From the NCBI GenBank assembly GCA_000436475.1, contig FR886218.1, positions 10,938-74,937 on the forward strand: DNA of 64,000 bases. The letters are read 5' to 3'. The notes below the pieces were generated by a model. It ran no database searches. It was not told where the DNA came from and worked only from the letters and a program-made list of their open reading frames with translations. Both the position numbers and the translations under genes were made by a program. Shown here piece by piece: positions 29,887 to 40,385 of this stretch (within the stretch, counting starts at the first letter, position 1; every line of letters starts with the position of its first letter). This DNA is from Eubacterium sp. CAG:248 (GTDB taxonomy: Bacteria; Bacillota; Clostridia; Lachnospirales; Lachnospiraceae).

Positions 29887-30483
29887 ATGAATATAGAGGA
29901 AAAGGTAGTAAAAAAGCTTAACGAAAAGAATATGCTTCTTACAACAGCGGAATCATGCACCGCAGGTATGATTGCATCAGCAATTGTTAATGTAAGTGGA
30001 GCATCTAATGTGTTCCATCAAGGGTATATAACATATTGCGATGAGGCAAAAAACAGTATGCTTAATGTAAAAAAAGAAACTTTAAAGTTATATACGGCTG
30101 TAAGTCCACAGACTGCATGTGAAATGGCGCTTGGCGCACTTTCTATATCGGATGCTGACATAGCGGTTTCAGTTACAGGAGTTGCTGGGCCTTCGATGGA
30201 AGATGGAAAGCCTGTAGGACTTGTATATATAGGTGTTGCATCAAAAAGAGCATCTGGTTATGCAGCTACGTTTGATGAGGCTTCAAGAATAACGGATGTT
30301 AAAAAATATGAAGAGGTATACCAGCATTGCAAAGATCAGGAAGTACTGTATGCCGTAGATAACAATATCGTTATTGTCCGGAAAAACATGTTTGAAGGTG
30401 ACAGAGGTGCAATACGCGAAAAGGCATGTAAAGAGGCTCTTGATATGATTTATTCATATATTAAAGCTGTAGATATATATTAA
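29887..30483 (+). CDS. CinA C-terminal-domain protein (PncC-type NMN amidohydrolase). The N-terminal MoCF-binding domain is absent.
   Basis: LLTTAESCTAGMIASAI...VSVTGVAGP matches the CinA_C family. At 198 aa it has a roughly 35-aa C-terminal extension. Confidence 0.8.
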   Translation: MNIEEKVVKKLNEKNMLLTTAESCTAGMIASAIVNVSGASNVFHQGYITYCDEAKNSMLNVKKETLKLYTAVSPQTACEMALGALSISDADIAVSVTGVAGPSMEDGKPVGLVYIGVASKRASGYAATFDEASRITDVKKYEEVYQHCKDQEVLYAVDNNIVIVRKNMFEGDRGAIREKACKEALDMIYSYIKAVDIY

Positions 30484-30571
30484 AACATGGGAAAATATAT
30501 CTTTACTTTCTTATATGTATATGGTACGATGAGGATATCCAATATGTTACATAAATATTTAAAATGATATT

Positions 30572-30585
30572 CGAATAAATGTTCG
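30572..30585. promoter_or_regulatory. LexA (Cheo) box 1: CGAATAAATGTTCG.
   Basis: Matches the Firmicute SOS box CGAAC-N4-GTTCG with one mismatch; sits next to the recA promoter -35. Confidence 0.7.
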
Positions 30586-30592
30586 AAAAAGC

Positions 30593-30621
30593 TTGACAAA
30601 ATACATGGAGTATAATATTAT
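30593..30621 (+). promoter_or_regulatory. recA promoter: TTGACA, 17-nt spacer, TATTAT (overlapping TATAAT).
   Basis: TTGACA at 30593-30598; tataatattat at 30611-30621. Confidence 0.5.
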
Positions 30622-30629
30622 CATAACAA

Positions 30630-30643
30630 GCGAACAGATGTTC
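30630..30643. promoter_or_regulatory. LexA (Cheo) box 2: GCGAACAGATGTTC.
   Basis: CGAAC-AGAT-GTTC, a near-perfect SOS box at the predicted transcription start. Confidence 0.75.
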
Positions 30644-30666
30644 AAGATGATGGAGGTATATATAAT

Positions 30667-31746
30667 TTGGTTAATGAAGATAAGTTAAAGGCGCTGGATG
30701 CGGCTATTTCTAATATTGAAAAACAGTTTGGTAAGGGTTCGGTTATGAAGCTGGGTGATTCAACAGCGAACATGAATGTTGAATGTATACCTACAGGTTC
30801 ATTAAGTCTTGATATAGCATTAGGTCTTGGCGGAGTGCCAAAGGGAAGAGTAGTAGAGATATATGGACCTGAATCTTCAGGTAAGACTACTGTCGCACTT
30901 CATATGGTGGCTGAAGTTCAGAAAAGAGGCGGTATAGCTGGTTTTATTGATGCTGAACATGCTTTGGATCCTGTATATGCAAGAAATATAGGAGTAGATA
31001 TTGATAATCTTTATATATCACAGCCGGATAGTGGTGAACAGGCATTAGAGATATGTGAGACTATGGTAAGATCAGGTGCTATTGATATAGTTATTGTCGA
31101 TTCAGTAGCAGCACTTGTACCAAAGGCTGAGATAGATGGAGATATGGGGGATTCACATGTTGGACTTCAGGCAAGACTTATGTCACAGGCATTAAGAAAG
31201 CTTACACCAGTTGTTAGTAAGAACAATTGTGTTGTTATATTTATAAACCAGTTAAGAGAAAAAGTCGGGGTTATGTTTGGTAATCCTGAAACAACAACAG
31301 GTGGAAGGGCTCTTAAGTTCTATGCTTCAGTAAGAATGGACGTAAGAAAGATAGAGACATTAAAGTCTGGAGGAGAGGTTGTTGGTAACAGGACAAGAGT
31401 TAAGGTTGTCAAGAATAAAGTGGCACCTCCTTTCAGGGAAGCTGAGTTTGATATTATGTTTGGTAAAGGAATATCAACAGAAGGAGATCTTATCGACCTT
31501 GCTTCTAACGTTGGGATTATCCAGAAGAGCGGTGCATGGTTTTCATATAATGGAGAGAAGATAGGACAGGGAAGAGAAAATGCAAAACAGTATCTTATTA
31601 ACAATCCAGATATAAGAAATGAAGTTGATGAGAAGGTAAGAGCACATTATGGTATAGGTGATAATCCAGATAGTGATAAAGAAGAGACGGTTACAGAAGA
31701 GTCTAAGACAAAGTCATCTAAAAAGGAAAATACTGAGGAAGTTTAA
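30667..31746 (+). CDS. recA: Recombinase RecA.
   Basis: Walker [11 protein letters not shown]1/L2 loop regions, 359 aa. TTG start with a GGAGG RBS. Confidence 0.95.
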   Translation: MVNEDKLKALDAAISNIEKQFGKGSVMKLGDSTANMNVECIPTGSLSLDIALGLGGVPKGRVVEIYGPESSGKTTVALHMVAEVQKRGGIAGFIDAEHALDPVYARNIGVDIDNLYISQPDSGEQALEICETMVRSGAIDIVIVDSVAALVPKAEIDGDMGDSHVGLQARLMSQALRKLTPVVSKNNCVVIFINQLREKVGVMFGNPETTTGGRALKFYASVRMDVRKIETLKSGGEVVGNRTRVKVVKNKVAPPFREAEFDIMFGKGISTEGDLIDLASNVGIIQKSGAWFSYNGEKIGQGRENAKQYLINNPDIRNEVDEKVRAHYGIGDNPDSDKEETVTEESKTKSSKKENTEEV

Positions 31747-32408
31747 TGAAGACAGAGGAAACAGATAAGTGTGTTACCTCTATTCAGGAAGTGGATTCTA
31801 AGCGCAGGCGGGTATTTATAAATTACGAGCCTGCGTTTGTTTTGTATATATCTGAGATTAGAAGATTTAATATAAAGAAAGATGCATATATTTCGTTAGA
31901 AGATTACGAGGATATTATTGATATATTAAATAAAAGATCAAAGATACGTGCGATGTCTTTACTGAAGGATAGAGATTATACAAGAAAGAAATTGTTTGAA
32001 AAACTTAAAGCTAATGGTTACCCGGATGAATGTATAGAAAAAGCAGTTCAATATGTTTCTTCATATGGATATATAGATGATAAAAGATATGCAGTTAATT
32101 ATATTATATCCCATATGACATCAAAATCACGAAGAGTTATAGAACAAAGCCTTATGTTAAAAGGTGTAGATGCAGATATAATATCATGTGCGCTTGATGA
32201 ATGTTATGATGAGATGTGCAATCCGGATATAGGAAATCCTGAACTTGATATTATAATAAAACAGCTTCATAGTAAGTACCACAATAAGGATTTGAATAAT
32301 TATGAACAGAGACAGAAAGTAAAGGCCTCATTGTATAGGAAGGGTTTTATGACAGATAATATTAATAAAGCACTTGATATTGTGGTCAATGAAGAAAAAG
32401 AGTACTAA
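31746..32408 (+). CDS. recX: Regulatory protein RecX.
   Basis: Three-helical-repeat RecX architecture; starts at the recA stop. Confidence 0.8.
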   Translation: MKTEETDKCVTSIQEVDSKRRRVFINYEPAFVLYISEIRRFNIKKDAYISLEDYEDIIDILNKRSKIRAMSLLKDRDYTRKKLFEKLKANGYPDECIEKAVQYVSSYGYIDDKRYAVNYIISHMTSKSRRVIEQSLMLKGVDADIISCALDECYDEMCNPDIGNPELDIIIKQLHSKYHNKDLNNYEQRQKVKASLYRKGFMTDNINKALDIVVNEEKEY

Positions 32409-32435
32409 TTATGCGAAAGTTAAGAGGTTCTAACC

Positions 32436-32464
32436 TTGACATTATGATGATTAAAGTATAATAT
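32436..32464 (+). promoter_or_regulatory. Promoter for rny: TTGACA, then TATAAT (15-nt spacer) or TAATAT (17-nt spacer).
   Basis: TTGACA at 32436-32441; tataatat at 32457-32464. Confidence 0.5.
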
Positions 32465-32514
32465 TAGTATGTTGTATATTTTGTACAATGAAAACTTAAT
32501 AAGGAGGTGCTCCT

Positions 32515-34065
32515 GTGTTAATTCCGATAGTTGTCGCAATTCTTGTTACACTTGCAGTAGTCGCACCTATTACATGGTTTATATCAGGCAAAGCCATTGC
32601 TAAAAGCAATGATGAAAAAATTGGCAATGCTAATGAGAGAGCCAGAGAGATAATAGACGAAGCTTTAAAGACAGCAGAGACAAAGAAGAAAGAGGCACTC
32701 TTAGAGGTTAAAGAGGAATCTTTAAGAACTAAGAATGAACTTGAGAAAGAGACAAAGGAAAGACGTGCTGAAATACAAAAGTACGAGAAGCGAGTCCTTT
32801 CTAAAGAAGAAACTCTTGATAGAAAGATCGATGCAGTCGAGAAACGTGACTTAAGTATTACCAGAAAAGAGGAAGAACTTGGTAAGTTAAAGCAGAAAGT
32901 TGACGAACTTGAAAAGAAAAGACAGCAGGAACTTGAAAGAATCTCTGGATTGACCTCCGAACAAGCAAAAGAATATCTATTAAAAACTGTTGAAGATGAA
33001 GTTAAACATGATACTGCTGTAATGGTTAAAACATTAGAAAGCAGGGCGAAAGAGGAAGCAGATAAAAAGGCAAAGGAATTGGTTGTCAATGCTATACAGC
33101 GTTGTGCTGCTGATCATGTTGCCGAAACAACTATATCAGTTGTACAGCTTCCTAACGATGAAATGAAAGGTCGTATTATAGGTAGAGAGGGTCGTAACAT
33201 AAGAACTCTTGAAACTCTCACAGGTGTAGAACTTATTATTGATGATACACCTGAGGCAGTCGTTTTATCAGGCTTTGATCCAATCAGAAGAGAGATTGCA
33301 AGAATCGCTCTTGAAAAACTCATAATTGATGGACGTATTCATCCAGCAAGAATTGAGGAAATGGTTGAAAAAGCACAGAAAGAAGTCGAAACATTAATTA
33401 AAGAAGAAGGTGAAGCTGCAACCCTTGAGGTTGGTGTCCATGGAATTCATCCAGAATTAGTTCGTTTACTTGGTAAGTTAAGGTATAGAACTAGTTATGG
33501 TCAGAATGTATTAAAGCATTCTATTGAAGTAGCCCAGATTACTGGGTTATTAGCCGGCGAATTAGGACTTGATGTAAAGATGGCAAAGAGAGCTGGCTTA
33601 TTACATGATATAGGTAAAGCTGTCGACCATGAAATGGAAGGCTCACATATTCAGTTGGGTGTTGATCTTTGTAGAAGATATAAGGAATCACCACTTGTTA
33701 TTAATGCAGTAGAAGCTCATCATGGTGACGTTGAACCGGAAAGCTTAATAGCATGTCTTGTACAGGCTGCTGATACAATATCAGCTGCAAGACCTGGTGC
33801 TAGAAGAGAAACGTTAGAAACTTACACAAACAGATTAAAACAATTAGAAGATATTACCAACTCATATAAGGGAGTTGAGAAATCTTTTGCTATTCAGGCA
33901 GGTAGAGAGGTTCGAGTAATGGTTGTTCCTGAAGTTATCAATGATTCAGATATGGTATTACTTGCAAGAGATATTTCAAAACAGATTGAAGATCAGATGG
34001 AATATCCAGGTCAGATTAAGGTTAGTATCGTAAGAGAATCAAGGGTAGTGGATTACGCTAAGTAG
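32515..34065 (+). CDS. rny: Ribonuclease Y.
   Basis: N-terminal transmembrane segment, coiled coil, KH domain (GREGRNIR), HD domain (LLHDIGKA...H). GTG start 6 nt after an AAGGAGG RBS. Confidence 0.93.
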   Translation: MLIPIVVAILVTLAVVAPITWFISGKAIAKSNDEKIGNANERAREIIDEALKTAETKKKEALLEVKEESLRTKNELEKETKERRAEIQKYEKRVLSKEETLDRKIDAVEKRDLSITRKEEELGKLKQKVDELEKKRQQELERISGLTSEQAKEYLLKTVEDEVKHDTAVMVKTLESRAKEEADKKAKELVVNAIQRCAADHVAETTISVVQLPNDEMKGRIIGREGRNIRTLETLTGVELIIDDTPEAVVLSGFDPIRREIARIALEKLIIDGRIHPARIEEMVEKAQKEVETLIKEEGEAATLEVGVHGIHPELVRLLGKLRYRTSYGQNVLKHSIEVAQITGLLAGELGLDVKMAKRAGLLHDIGKAVDHEMEGSHIQLGVDLCRRYKESPLVINAVEAHHGDVEPESLIACLVQAADTISAARPGARRETLETYTNRLKQLEDITNSYKGVEKSFAIQAGREVRVMVVPEVINDSDMVLLARDISKQIEDQMEYPGQIKVSIVRESRVVDYAK

Positions 34066-34104
34066 AATAATCTATTTAGACAAGCTCGAATTAAAGAAAC
34101 ATAC

Positions 34105-34147
34105 GAAAGGCTTAAACATTTAAGGTTTTAAGCCTTTCTTTTTTTAT
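34105..34147 (+). terminator. Intrinsic terminator after rny: 12-bp stem then T8.
   Basis: gaaaggcttaaa (34105-34116) pairs with tttaagcctttc (34127-34138), followed by tttttttat. Confidence 0.8.
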
Positions 34148-34263
34148 ATTTATATATTTAAATCAGAGATGTTTTTTCCGTATTTTTACCCCATTTTTAA
34201 TCAACAGTCTGTCCGCCATAGACGGAAAAATGTAAATGTGTGAAAGATATACTTAAGTTCGAC

Positions 34264-34297
34264 TTAACAAAATTAAGTAACTACTTAATTTTGTTAA
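34264..34297. promoter_or_regulatory. Perfect 34-bp palindrome (16-bp arms, 2-bp centre): a candidate operator site.
   Basis: TTAACAAAATTAAGTA-ac-TACTTAATTTTGTTAA, about 70 bp upstream of the aminotransferase promoter -35. Confidence 0.4.
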
Positions 34298-34366
34298 TAA
34301 TATTTTTAAAAATCCCTAAAATATTAATAAACTTAATCACAAAAATTACATTTATTGTAAAAAAGC

Positions 34367-34395
34367 TTGCTTAAATTATAAGTTCATAGTATAGT
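34367..34395 (+). promoter_or_regulatory. Promoter for the aminotransferase gene: TTGCTT, 17-nt spacer, TATAGT.
   Basis: Hexamers at 34367-34372 and 34390-34395. Confidence 0.45.
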
Positions 34396-34431
34396 AGTAA
34401 AGACCTTTGAAAATTAATGGAGGATAATAAT

Positions 34432-35715
34432 ATGCAGTATAGTGAAATGAGTAAAGAACAATTATTACAGTTAAAGGCTGAGCTTGATGAAAGATATAAA
34501 GAGGCTAAGGCTAAGGGTCTGAATCTTAACATGTCAAGAGGAAAGCCATCACCTAGTCAGCTTAATGTAACGATGGACATGCTTGATGTTATTAACAGTT
34601 CTTCGGATTTTAAGGCTGAGGATGGAACAGATTGCAGAAATTATGGTGTTCTTGATGGTCTTACAGAAGCCAAGAAGCTTATGGCTGATATGATGGGGAC
34701 AACATCTGAACACATTATTATATATGGAAACGCAAGTCTTAATATTATGTATGATCAGGTTTCAAGATCATATGCACATGGAGTTATGGGAAGCACACCT
34801 TGGTGCAAGCTTGATAAGGTTAAGTGGCTCTGTCCAGTACCAGGCTATGACAGACACTTTGCTATTACAGAGAGCTTTGGTATAGAGATGATTAATATTC
34901 CTATGACAGAAAATGGTCCTGATATGGATATGATTGAAAAGCTTGTAAGTGAAGATGAATCAATAAAGGGTATATGGTGTGTGCCTAAATATTCTAATCC
35001 ACAGGGTTATACTTATTCTGATGAAACAGTAAAGAGAATGGCAGCATTAAAGCCAGCTGCTAAGGATTTTAGAATATTCTGGGATAATGCATATGTTATT
35101 CACCATCTTTATGATGATAAACAGGATGAAATACTTGATATTATATCAGAATGTGAAAAAGCAGGTAATGCTGATATGGTATATGAATTCGCATCTACAT
35201 CTAAGGTTACATTCCCAGGTTCTGGTATGGCAGCACTTGCTTCATCAGCTGCTAACCTTGCAGATATTAAGAAATATCTTACAATCCAGACAATAGGATA
35301 TGATAAGCTTAACCAGTTAAGACATGTAAGATATTTTAAGAATCTTGATGGACTTAAGGCACATATGAAGAAGCATGCAGATTTCTTAAGACCTAAGTTT
35401 GAAGCAACATTAAAGGTACTTGATGATGAACTTACAGGACTTGGAATAGGTACATGGTCAGAACCAAGAGGCGGTTATTTTATATCATTTGATGCTCTTC
35501 CTGGCTGTGCGAAGGCTATAGTTTCTATGTGTAAAGAGGCTGGTGTAGTGCTTACTAACGCAGGTGCAACATTCCCTTATGGTAAGGATCCTCGTGATAG
35601 CAATATAAGAATAGCTCCTTCATTCCCTACTCCAGAGGAAATGTCAGAAGCAGCTGAGCTTTTCGTGTTATGTGTTAAGCTTGTAAGTGTTGATAAGCTT
35701 CTTGAAAGCAAGTAG
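34432..35715 (+). CDS. PLP-dependent aminotransferase (class I/II fold; putative aspartate aminotransferase family).
   Basis: About 428 aa. PLP-lysine context ASTSKVTFPGSGMA. ATG 34432 after a GGAGGA RBS. Confidence 0.65.
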   Translation: MQYSEMSKEQLLQLKAELDERYKEAKAKGLNLNMSRGKPSPSQLNVTMDMLDVINSSSDFKAEDGTDCRNYGVLDGLTEAKKLMADMMGTTSEHIIIYGNASLNIMYDQVSRSYAHGVMGSTPWCKLDKVKWLCPVPGYDRHFAITESFGIEMINIPMTENGPDMDMIEKLVSEDESIKGIWCVPKYSNPQGYTYSDETVKRMAALKPAAKDFRIFWDNAYVIHHLYDDKQDEILDIISECEKAGNADMVYEFASTSKVTFPGSGMAALASSAANLADIKKYLTIQTIGYDKLNQLRHVRYFKNLDGLKAHMKKHADFLRPKFEATLKVLDDELTGLGIGTWSEPRGGYFISFDALPGCAKAIVSMCKEAGVVLTNAGATFPYGKDPRDSNIRIAPSFPTPEEMSEAAELFVLCVKLVSVDKLLESK

Positions 35716-35759
35716 TCAGAGGCTGATTAACATGTAGGCAGATTATTAAGGAGGTTGTT

Positions 35760-36557
35760 ATGGCTAAATTCGGTTTTATTGGAATGGGTAATATGGGATA
35801 CGCAATGCTCAAAGGTCTTCTTTCAGTATATACGCCATCTGATATTATATTCACATGCCCTGATTTAGAAAAGTGTAAGAGAATAAGTCAGGAAACAGGA
35901 GTAAGATATGCGGAAAGCAATGCAGAATGTGCTAATAATGCACAGTACGTTGTTCTTGCAGTAAAGCCACAGGTATACAATGTGGTATTAAAGAATATTA
36001 ATAATGTTATACGTGAAGACAGTGTTGTTATATCAATAGCACCGGGTATAAGTATAGATAATATCAAGTCACAGCTTGGTATAAATGCAAGAGTAGTCCG
36101 TGCCATGCCAAACACTCCTGCGCTTGTTGGAGAAGGCATGACTGGTGTTGCTTATGATAAGGAGAATTTCTCATTTGAAGAAAGAGAGGTTATAGACAGC
36201 TTCTTTAATTCTTTTGGCAAGGTTGTATATGTTTCAGAAAATCAGATGAATGCCATAGTATGTGCAAGCGGAAGTTCTCCAGCATATGTATATATGTTTA
36301 TTGAGGCACTTGCTGATAGTGCGGTAAAGTATGGCATTAAAAGAGAAGATGCATATAAGCTTGTTGCACAGACAGTACTTGGTTCTGCAAAGATGGTGCT
36401 TGAAACAGGAGAGCATCCAGGTGTTTTAAAGGATAAGGTATGCTCACCTGGAGGTACAACAATAGCAGCTGTTGCAGCGCTGGAGGAACATAACTTCAGA
36501 AGTTCATTAATAAAGGCTACAGATGCATGCTATGACAAGTGTACCAATATCAAATAA
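35760..36557 (+). CDS. proC: Pyrroline-5-carboxylate reductase.
   Basis: Rossmann FIGMGNMG; conserved ProC C-terminal dimerisation domain (SPGGTT). Confidence 0.9.
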   Translation: MAKFGFIGMGNMGYAMLKGLLSVYTPSDIIFTCPDLEKCKRISQETGVRYAESNAECANNAQYVVLAVKPQVYNVVLKNINNVIREDSVVISIAPGISIDNIKSQLGINARVVRAMPNTPALVGEGMTGVAYDKENFSFEEREVIDSFFNSFGKVVYVSENQMNAIVCASGSSPAYVYMFIEALADSAVKYGIKREDAYKLVAQTVLGSAKMVLETGEHPGVLKDKVCSPGGTTIAAVAALEEHNFRSSLIKATDACYDKCTNIK

Positions 36558-36583
36558 AATGATGTGAAAGAATGGAACACTGA

Positions 36584-37126
36584 ATGGAACACATTAAAAG
36601 AATAAAAAGAGAACTGGCTTATAAGGGCTCAATACTTGAGTTTTATAAGGATACTATGGTTACACCTGATGGGAAAGTGACTTATTGGGATCATATAGAA
36701 CATAAAGGAGCTGCTGCTGTTGTACCGGTTCTTGATGATGGCAGGATTGTGCTTGTGCGCCAGTACAGGAATTCTCCTGATGAAGAAACACTTGAGATAC
36801 CTGCGGGAGGTCTTGAGGAAGATGAACCAACAGAGCTTGCGGCGATAAGAGAGCTTGAAGAAGAAACAGGTTATAAGGCAGAACGAAAAAATGTCAAAAA
36901 GCTGATATCAGTGTATACAGCAGTTGCATTCTGCAACGAGATTATAGATATATATGTTGCAGATAAGCTTATAAGGACATGCCAGAATCTTGATGATGAG
37001 GAGAGTATTAATGTAGAGATATATACTCTTGATGAGATAAAACGTATGATATTTGATGGAACAATCAGGGATTCTAAAACAGTGTCAGCGATGATGGCTT
37101 ATTCAGACATGATTTCACGTATATAA
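36584..37126 (+). CDS. NUDIX hydrolase (ADP-ribose pyrophosphatase-like).
   Basis: Nudix box GGLEEDEPTELAAIRELEEETG. Confidence 0.85.
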   Translation: MEHIKRIKRELAYKGSILEFYKDTMVTPDGKVTYWDHIEHKGAAAVVPVLDDGRIVLVRQYRNSPDEETLEIPAGGLEEDEPTELAAIRELEEETGYKAERKNVKKLISVYTAVAFCNEIIDIYVADKLIRTCQNLDDEESINVEIYTLDEIKRMIFDGTIRDSKTVSAMMAYSDMISRI

Positions 37127-37250
37127 CCATCTGCCTGATAATGTCAGTTACTATTTATAATCCATAGTAAACGATAAAAATAAAACAAAACAAAACATAT
37201 CAGAAAAGATTCCAGCATATAATAGCCTGACCAGATAAAAGGAGGTTGTT

Positions 37251-37820
37251 ATGGCTGGGATTTTTTTTAGACGTATTTTTGGACAATACAGATATTATAT
37301 AGTTATACTTTTAGGAGCTGCAGTAGGATCATTGATGGCAAATCTTGTTATAGATGATATAACAGATAAAATAGGAATGTTCAATGAAGATTTCAATAAT
37401 GCAATTATGAGCGTCAGCCTTGATAAAACATTATATTTAAGATATATATTAAAGCTGCGTTTAAAAGAATATATATGTTTTATGCTTGTGCTTTTTACTC
37501 CGGCTGCTATAGCAGGAATATATATATTTATGCTTTTTGCCGGGATAAGTTCAGGTCTTATGATAAGCGTATGCATTATGAATATGGGGATAAAAGGAAT
37601 GTTTATATATGCAGTATGCCTTATACCGCAGTATATAATATATGCAATTGCCGTTTTTTTAATGGTGTCATATATTGAAAAACGACTGATTAATATTAAA
37701 AAAACGGTAATTGTCATATTTATATCACTGATATTTCTTATAGCGGGAATCTTATATGAAGCTTATATAAGTCCATTTATCATAAGGTGGTTATTTGAGC
37801 ATATCAGCTATTGTATATAA
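37251..37820 (+). CDS. Hypothetical small membrane protein, about 5 transmembrane segments; possibly SpoIIM-like.
   Basis: Hydrophobic 189-aa ORF with an AAGGAGG RBS. No diagnostic motif seen. Confidence 0.4.
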   Translation: MAGIFFRRIFGQYRYYIVILLGAAVGSLMANLVIDDITDKIGMFNEDFNNAIMSVSLDKTLYLRYILKLRLKEYICFMLVLFTPAAIAGIYIFMLFAGISSGLMISVCIMNMGIKGMFIYAVCLIPQYIIYAIAVFLMVSYIEKRLINIKKTVIVIFISLIFLIAGILYEAYISPFIIRWLFEHISYCI

Positions 37821-38822
37821 AAGCTTTTCAGATTCTTCCCATCCAAGGCATGGATCAGTTATAGATTTGCCATATATACCTTCACCGACCTTCTGTGAGC
37901 CTGGTTCGATATAGCTTTCAATCATAACACCCTTAACAAGATCCTTTACATCTTCTGAATGATTGCGGCTATGAATCACTTCCTTTGTGATACGTATCTG
38001 TTCTATATATTTTTTGGCAGAATTACTGTGATTAGCATCAACTATGCAGGCTGGATTAAGTAAATCCCTTGTTTTATACATGGAAGCCAGTCTGATAAGG
38101 TCTTCATAGTGATAGTTAGGAATATTCTGGCCATGCTTATTTACAGCGCCTCTTAATATAGTATGTGCCAGAGGATTGCCAGGAGTCTTTACTTCCCAGT
38201 TTCTATATATAAATGACTGATTAGCCTGTGCTGCAACAACTGAATTTAACATAACAGAGAAATCACCGCTTGTTGGGTTTTTCATACCGGCAGGAACATC
38301 CATTCCGCTGGCTGTAAGTCTGTGCTGCTGATCTTCAACTGAACGGGCACCAACTGCAACATATGACAATACATCTGAAAGGAACCAGTAGTTTTCAGGG
38401 TAGAGCATTTCATCAGCAGGCATAAGCTCAGTTTCTTCCATAACTCTTATATGCATTTTCCTTATAGCTATAAGACCAGCAAGAAGGTCTGGCTTTTTCT
38501 CAGGGTCTGGCTGGTGGAGCATACCTTTATAGCCTGTACCGGTTGTTCTTGGCTTGTTTGTATACACTCTTGGTATAATAAGAACTTTATCAGCTATTTT
38601 TTCCTGGACTTTTTTAAGTCTTAATGTATAATCAAGGACTGCATCTTCGTTGTCAGCTGAACATGGTCCTATGATAGCAAGAAACTTATCTGATTTGCCA
38701 GTTATTACATCTGCAATTTCTTTATCTCTTTGTGTTTTCAGAGCTGCAACATTTTTAGGAACAGGAAGTTCATTTTTAACTTCTGTTGGTGTAGGCAGCT
38801 TACGTATGAATTCAAAACTCAT
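37791..38822 (-). CDS. 3-deoxy-7-phosphoheptulonate (DAHP) synthase, class I.
   Basis: IIGPCS motif, KPRT, class-I DAHPS core. ATG 38822 follows an AAGGAGAAA RBS; the ORF track extends to 38861. Confidence 0.85.
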   Translation of the reverse strand: MSFEFIRKLPTPTEVKNELPVPKNVAALKTQRDKEIADVITGKSDKFLAIIGPCSADNEDAVLDYTLRLKKVQEKIADKVLIIPRVYTNKPRTTGTGYKGMLHQPDPEKKPDLLAGLIAIRKMHIRVMEETELMPADEMLYPENYWFLSDVLSYVAVGARSVEDQQHRLTASGMDVPAGMKNPTSGDFSVMLNSVVAAQANQSFIYRNWEVKTPGNPLAHTILRGAVNKHGQNIPNYHYEDLIRLASMYKTRDLLNPACIVDANHSNSAKKYIEQIRITKEVIHSRNHSEDVKDLVKGVMIESYIEPGSQKVGEGIYGKSITDPCLGWEESEKLLYTIADMLK

Positions 38823-38967
38823 TGTATTTCTCCTTAATAAATCTTTATGCCAATAAATCATAGCATATAATTACAAAAAATGTTAGTATAATCTTATATA
38901 TATTAAAAATATTTGCGGTAATTGTAAACTGTGGCTGATATGTATAAGATAGAAGAGGTGGCTGGTT

Positions 38968-40284
38968 ATGAGAATGTTCGATGTTATAAGTAAAAAAAAG
39001 TATGGAGAAGTTCTTAGTAAAGAAGAAATAGAATATGTCGTGCGGGAATATACCAATGGTACGATACCTGATTATCAGATGTCAGCATTTCTTATGGCTG
39101 TATATTTTAAAGGAATGAGTTATGAAGAGACCTTCCTCCTTACTATGGCTATGGCAGATAGTGGCGACAGGCTTGATCTGTCAGCTGTAAATGGGATTAA
39201 TGTGGATAAACATAGTACAGGCGGAGTCGGAGACAAAACAACACTTGTGCTTGCTCCTATGGTTGCAGCATGCGGAGGCAAGGTGGCAAAGATGAGTGGA
39301 AGAGGACTTGGCAACACTGGCGGAACTATAGATAAGCTTGAAAGTATACCGGGATTTAGAACATCACTTTCAAAAGAGGAATTTATCAAAAATGTAAACG
39401 AAACCGGATTGGCGCTTACAGGACAGACTGGCAATCTTGCACCGGCTGATAAAAAAATATATGCATTAAGGGATGTGACTGCTGTTGTAGACAGTATACC
39501 CCTTATAGCAAGCAGTATAATGAGTAAAAAAATAGCATCAGGTGCTAAGGCGATTGTCCTTGATGTCAAGGTTGGCAATGGAGCATTTATGAAAAATATG
39601 GACGATGCAGTTAAGCTTGCTAAGCAGATGGTTAAGATAGGTGAAAGTGCAGGCAGAAATACGATTGCAGTCATATCAGATATGAACGAACCTCTCGGAT
39701 ATGCTGTTGGTAACGCTCTTGAAGTGAAGGAGGCTGTTGATACTTTAAAAGGACATGGACCAGCAGACCTCGTTGAGCTTTGCATGGAACTTGGTGCACA
39801 GATGCTTATAGCCTCAGATATAACGCATGACAGGAATAAAGCTTATGAAATGCTTAGTAGTGTGATAGAAGATGGAAGTGCATATGATAAATTTATTGAG
39901 TTTGTTAAACGGCAGGGTGGGGATATTAGTATATTTGATGACTGTAAGAGTTTGAAAAAGGCAGATTATACAGTCGATATAACAGCAGATAAAGAAGGCT
40001 ATGTACATCATATACAGTCAGAACTTATAGGTGAAGCATCAATGATTCTTGGTGGAGGACGACAGAATAAGGAAGATAAAATAGATCATTATGTAGGTGT
40101 TGTGCTTTCAAAGAAGGTAGGAGATGCTGTGAAAGAAGGAGATGTGATAGCAACGATATATGCGAATGACAAAAAGAAAATTGATGATGCAAAAGCATTA
40201 ATTGTCAAAGCATTTGATATTAATAATCAAATTGTTGATACATATACGCTTATTAAGAGAATTATTAGTTGTAAAAATGTTTAA
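38968..40284 (+). CDS. Pyrimidine-nucleoside (thymidine) phosphorylase.
   Basis: N-terminal helical domain, HSTGGVGDK phosphate-binding motif, 438 aa. Confidence 0.9.
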   Translation: MRMFDVISKKKYGEVLSKEEIEYVVREYTNGTIPDYQMSAFLMAVYFKGMSYEETFLLTMAMADSGDRLDLSAVNGINVDKHSTGGVGDKTTLVLAPMVAACGGKVAKMSGRGLGNTGGTIDKLESIPGFRTSLSKEEFIKNVNETGLALTGQTGNLAPADKKIYALRDVTAVVDSIPLIASSIMSKKIASGAKAIVLDVKVGNGAFMKNMDDAVKLAKQMVKIGESAGRNTIAVISDMNEPLGYAVGNALEVKEAVDTLKGHGPADLVELCMELGAQMLIASDITHDRNKAYEMLSSVIEDGSAYDKFIEFVKRQGGDISIFDDCKSLKKADYTVDITADKEGYVHHIQSELIGEASMILGGGRQNKEDKIDHYVGVVLSKKVGDAVKEGDVIATIYANDKKKIDDAKALIVKAFDINNQIVDTYTLIKRIISCKNV

Positions 40285-40385
40285 ATGATGTTATTATTAT
40301 ATCCAAAAGGATAATTGATGTAAGTGGCAGATTTTTTTTGTCTCTGATATCATAATTATATAAGAGAAAAGGAGAATTGAGTAAG

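Noticed and set aside
32496-33089. 197-aa minus-strand ORF overlapping the rny 5' region.
   Set aside because: Ser/Phe/Leu low-complexity frame opposite a conserved coiled-coil-coding region. Spurious.
39120-39785. 221-aa minus-strand ORF inside the pyrimidine-nucleoside phosphorylase gene.
   Set aside because: Antisense to a well-conserved enzyme gene. Pro/Ser/Ala-rich and lacks an RBS.
40285-40385. T8 run after the pyrimidine-nucleoside phosphorylase gene as an intrinsic terminator.
   Set aside because: No convincing GC-containing stem precedes the T-run, so it is not annotated as a terminator.
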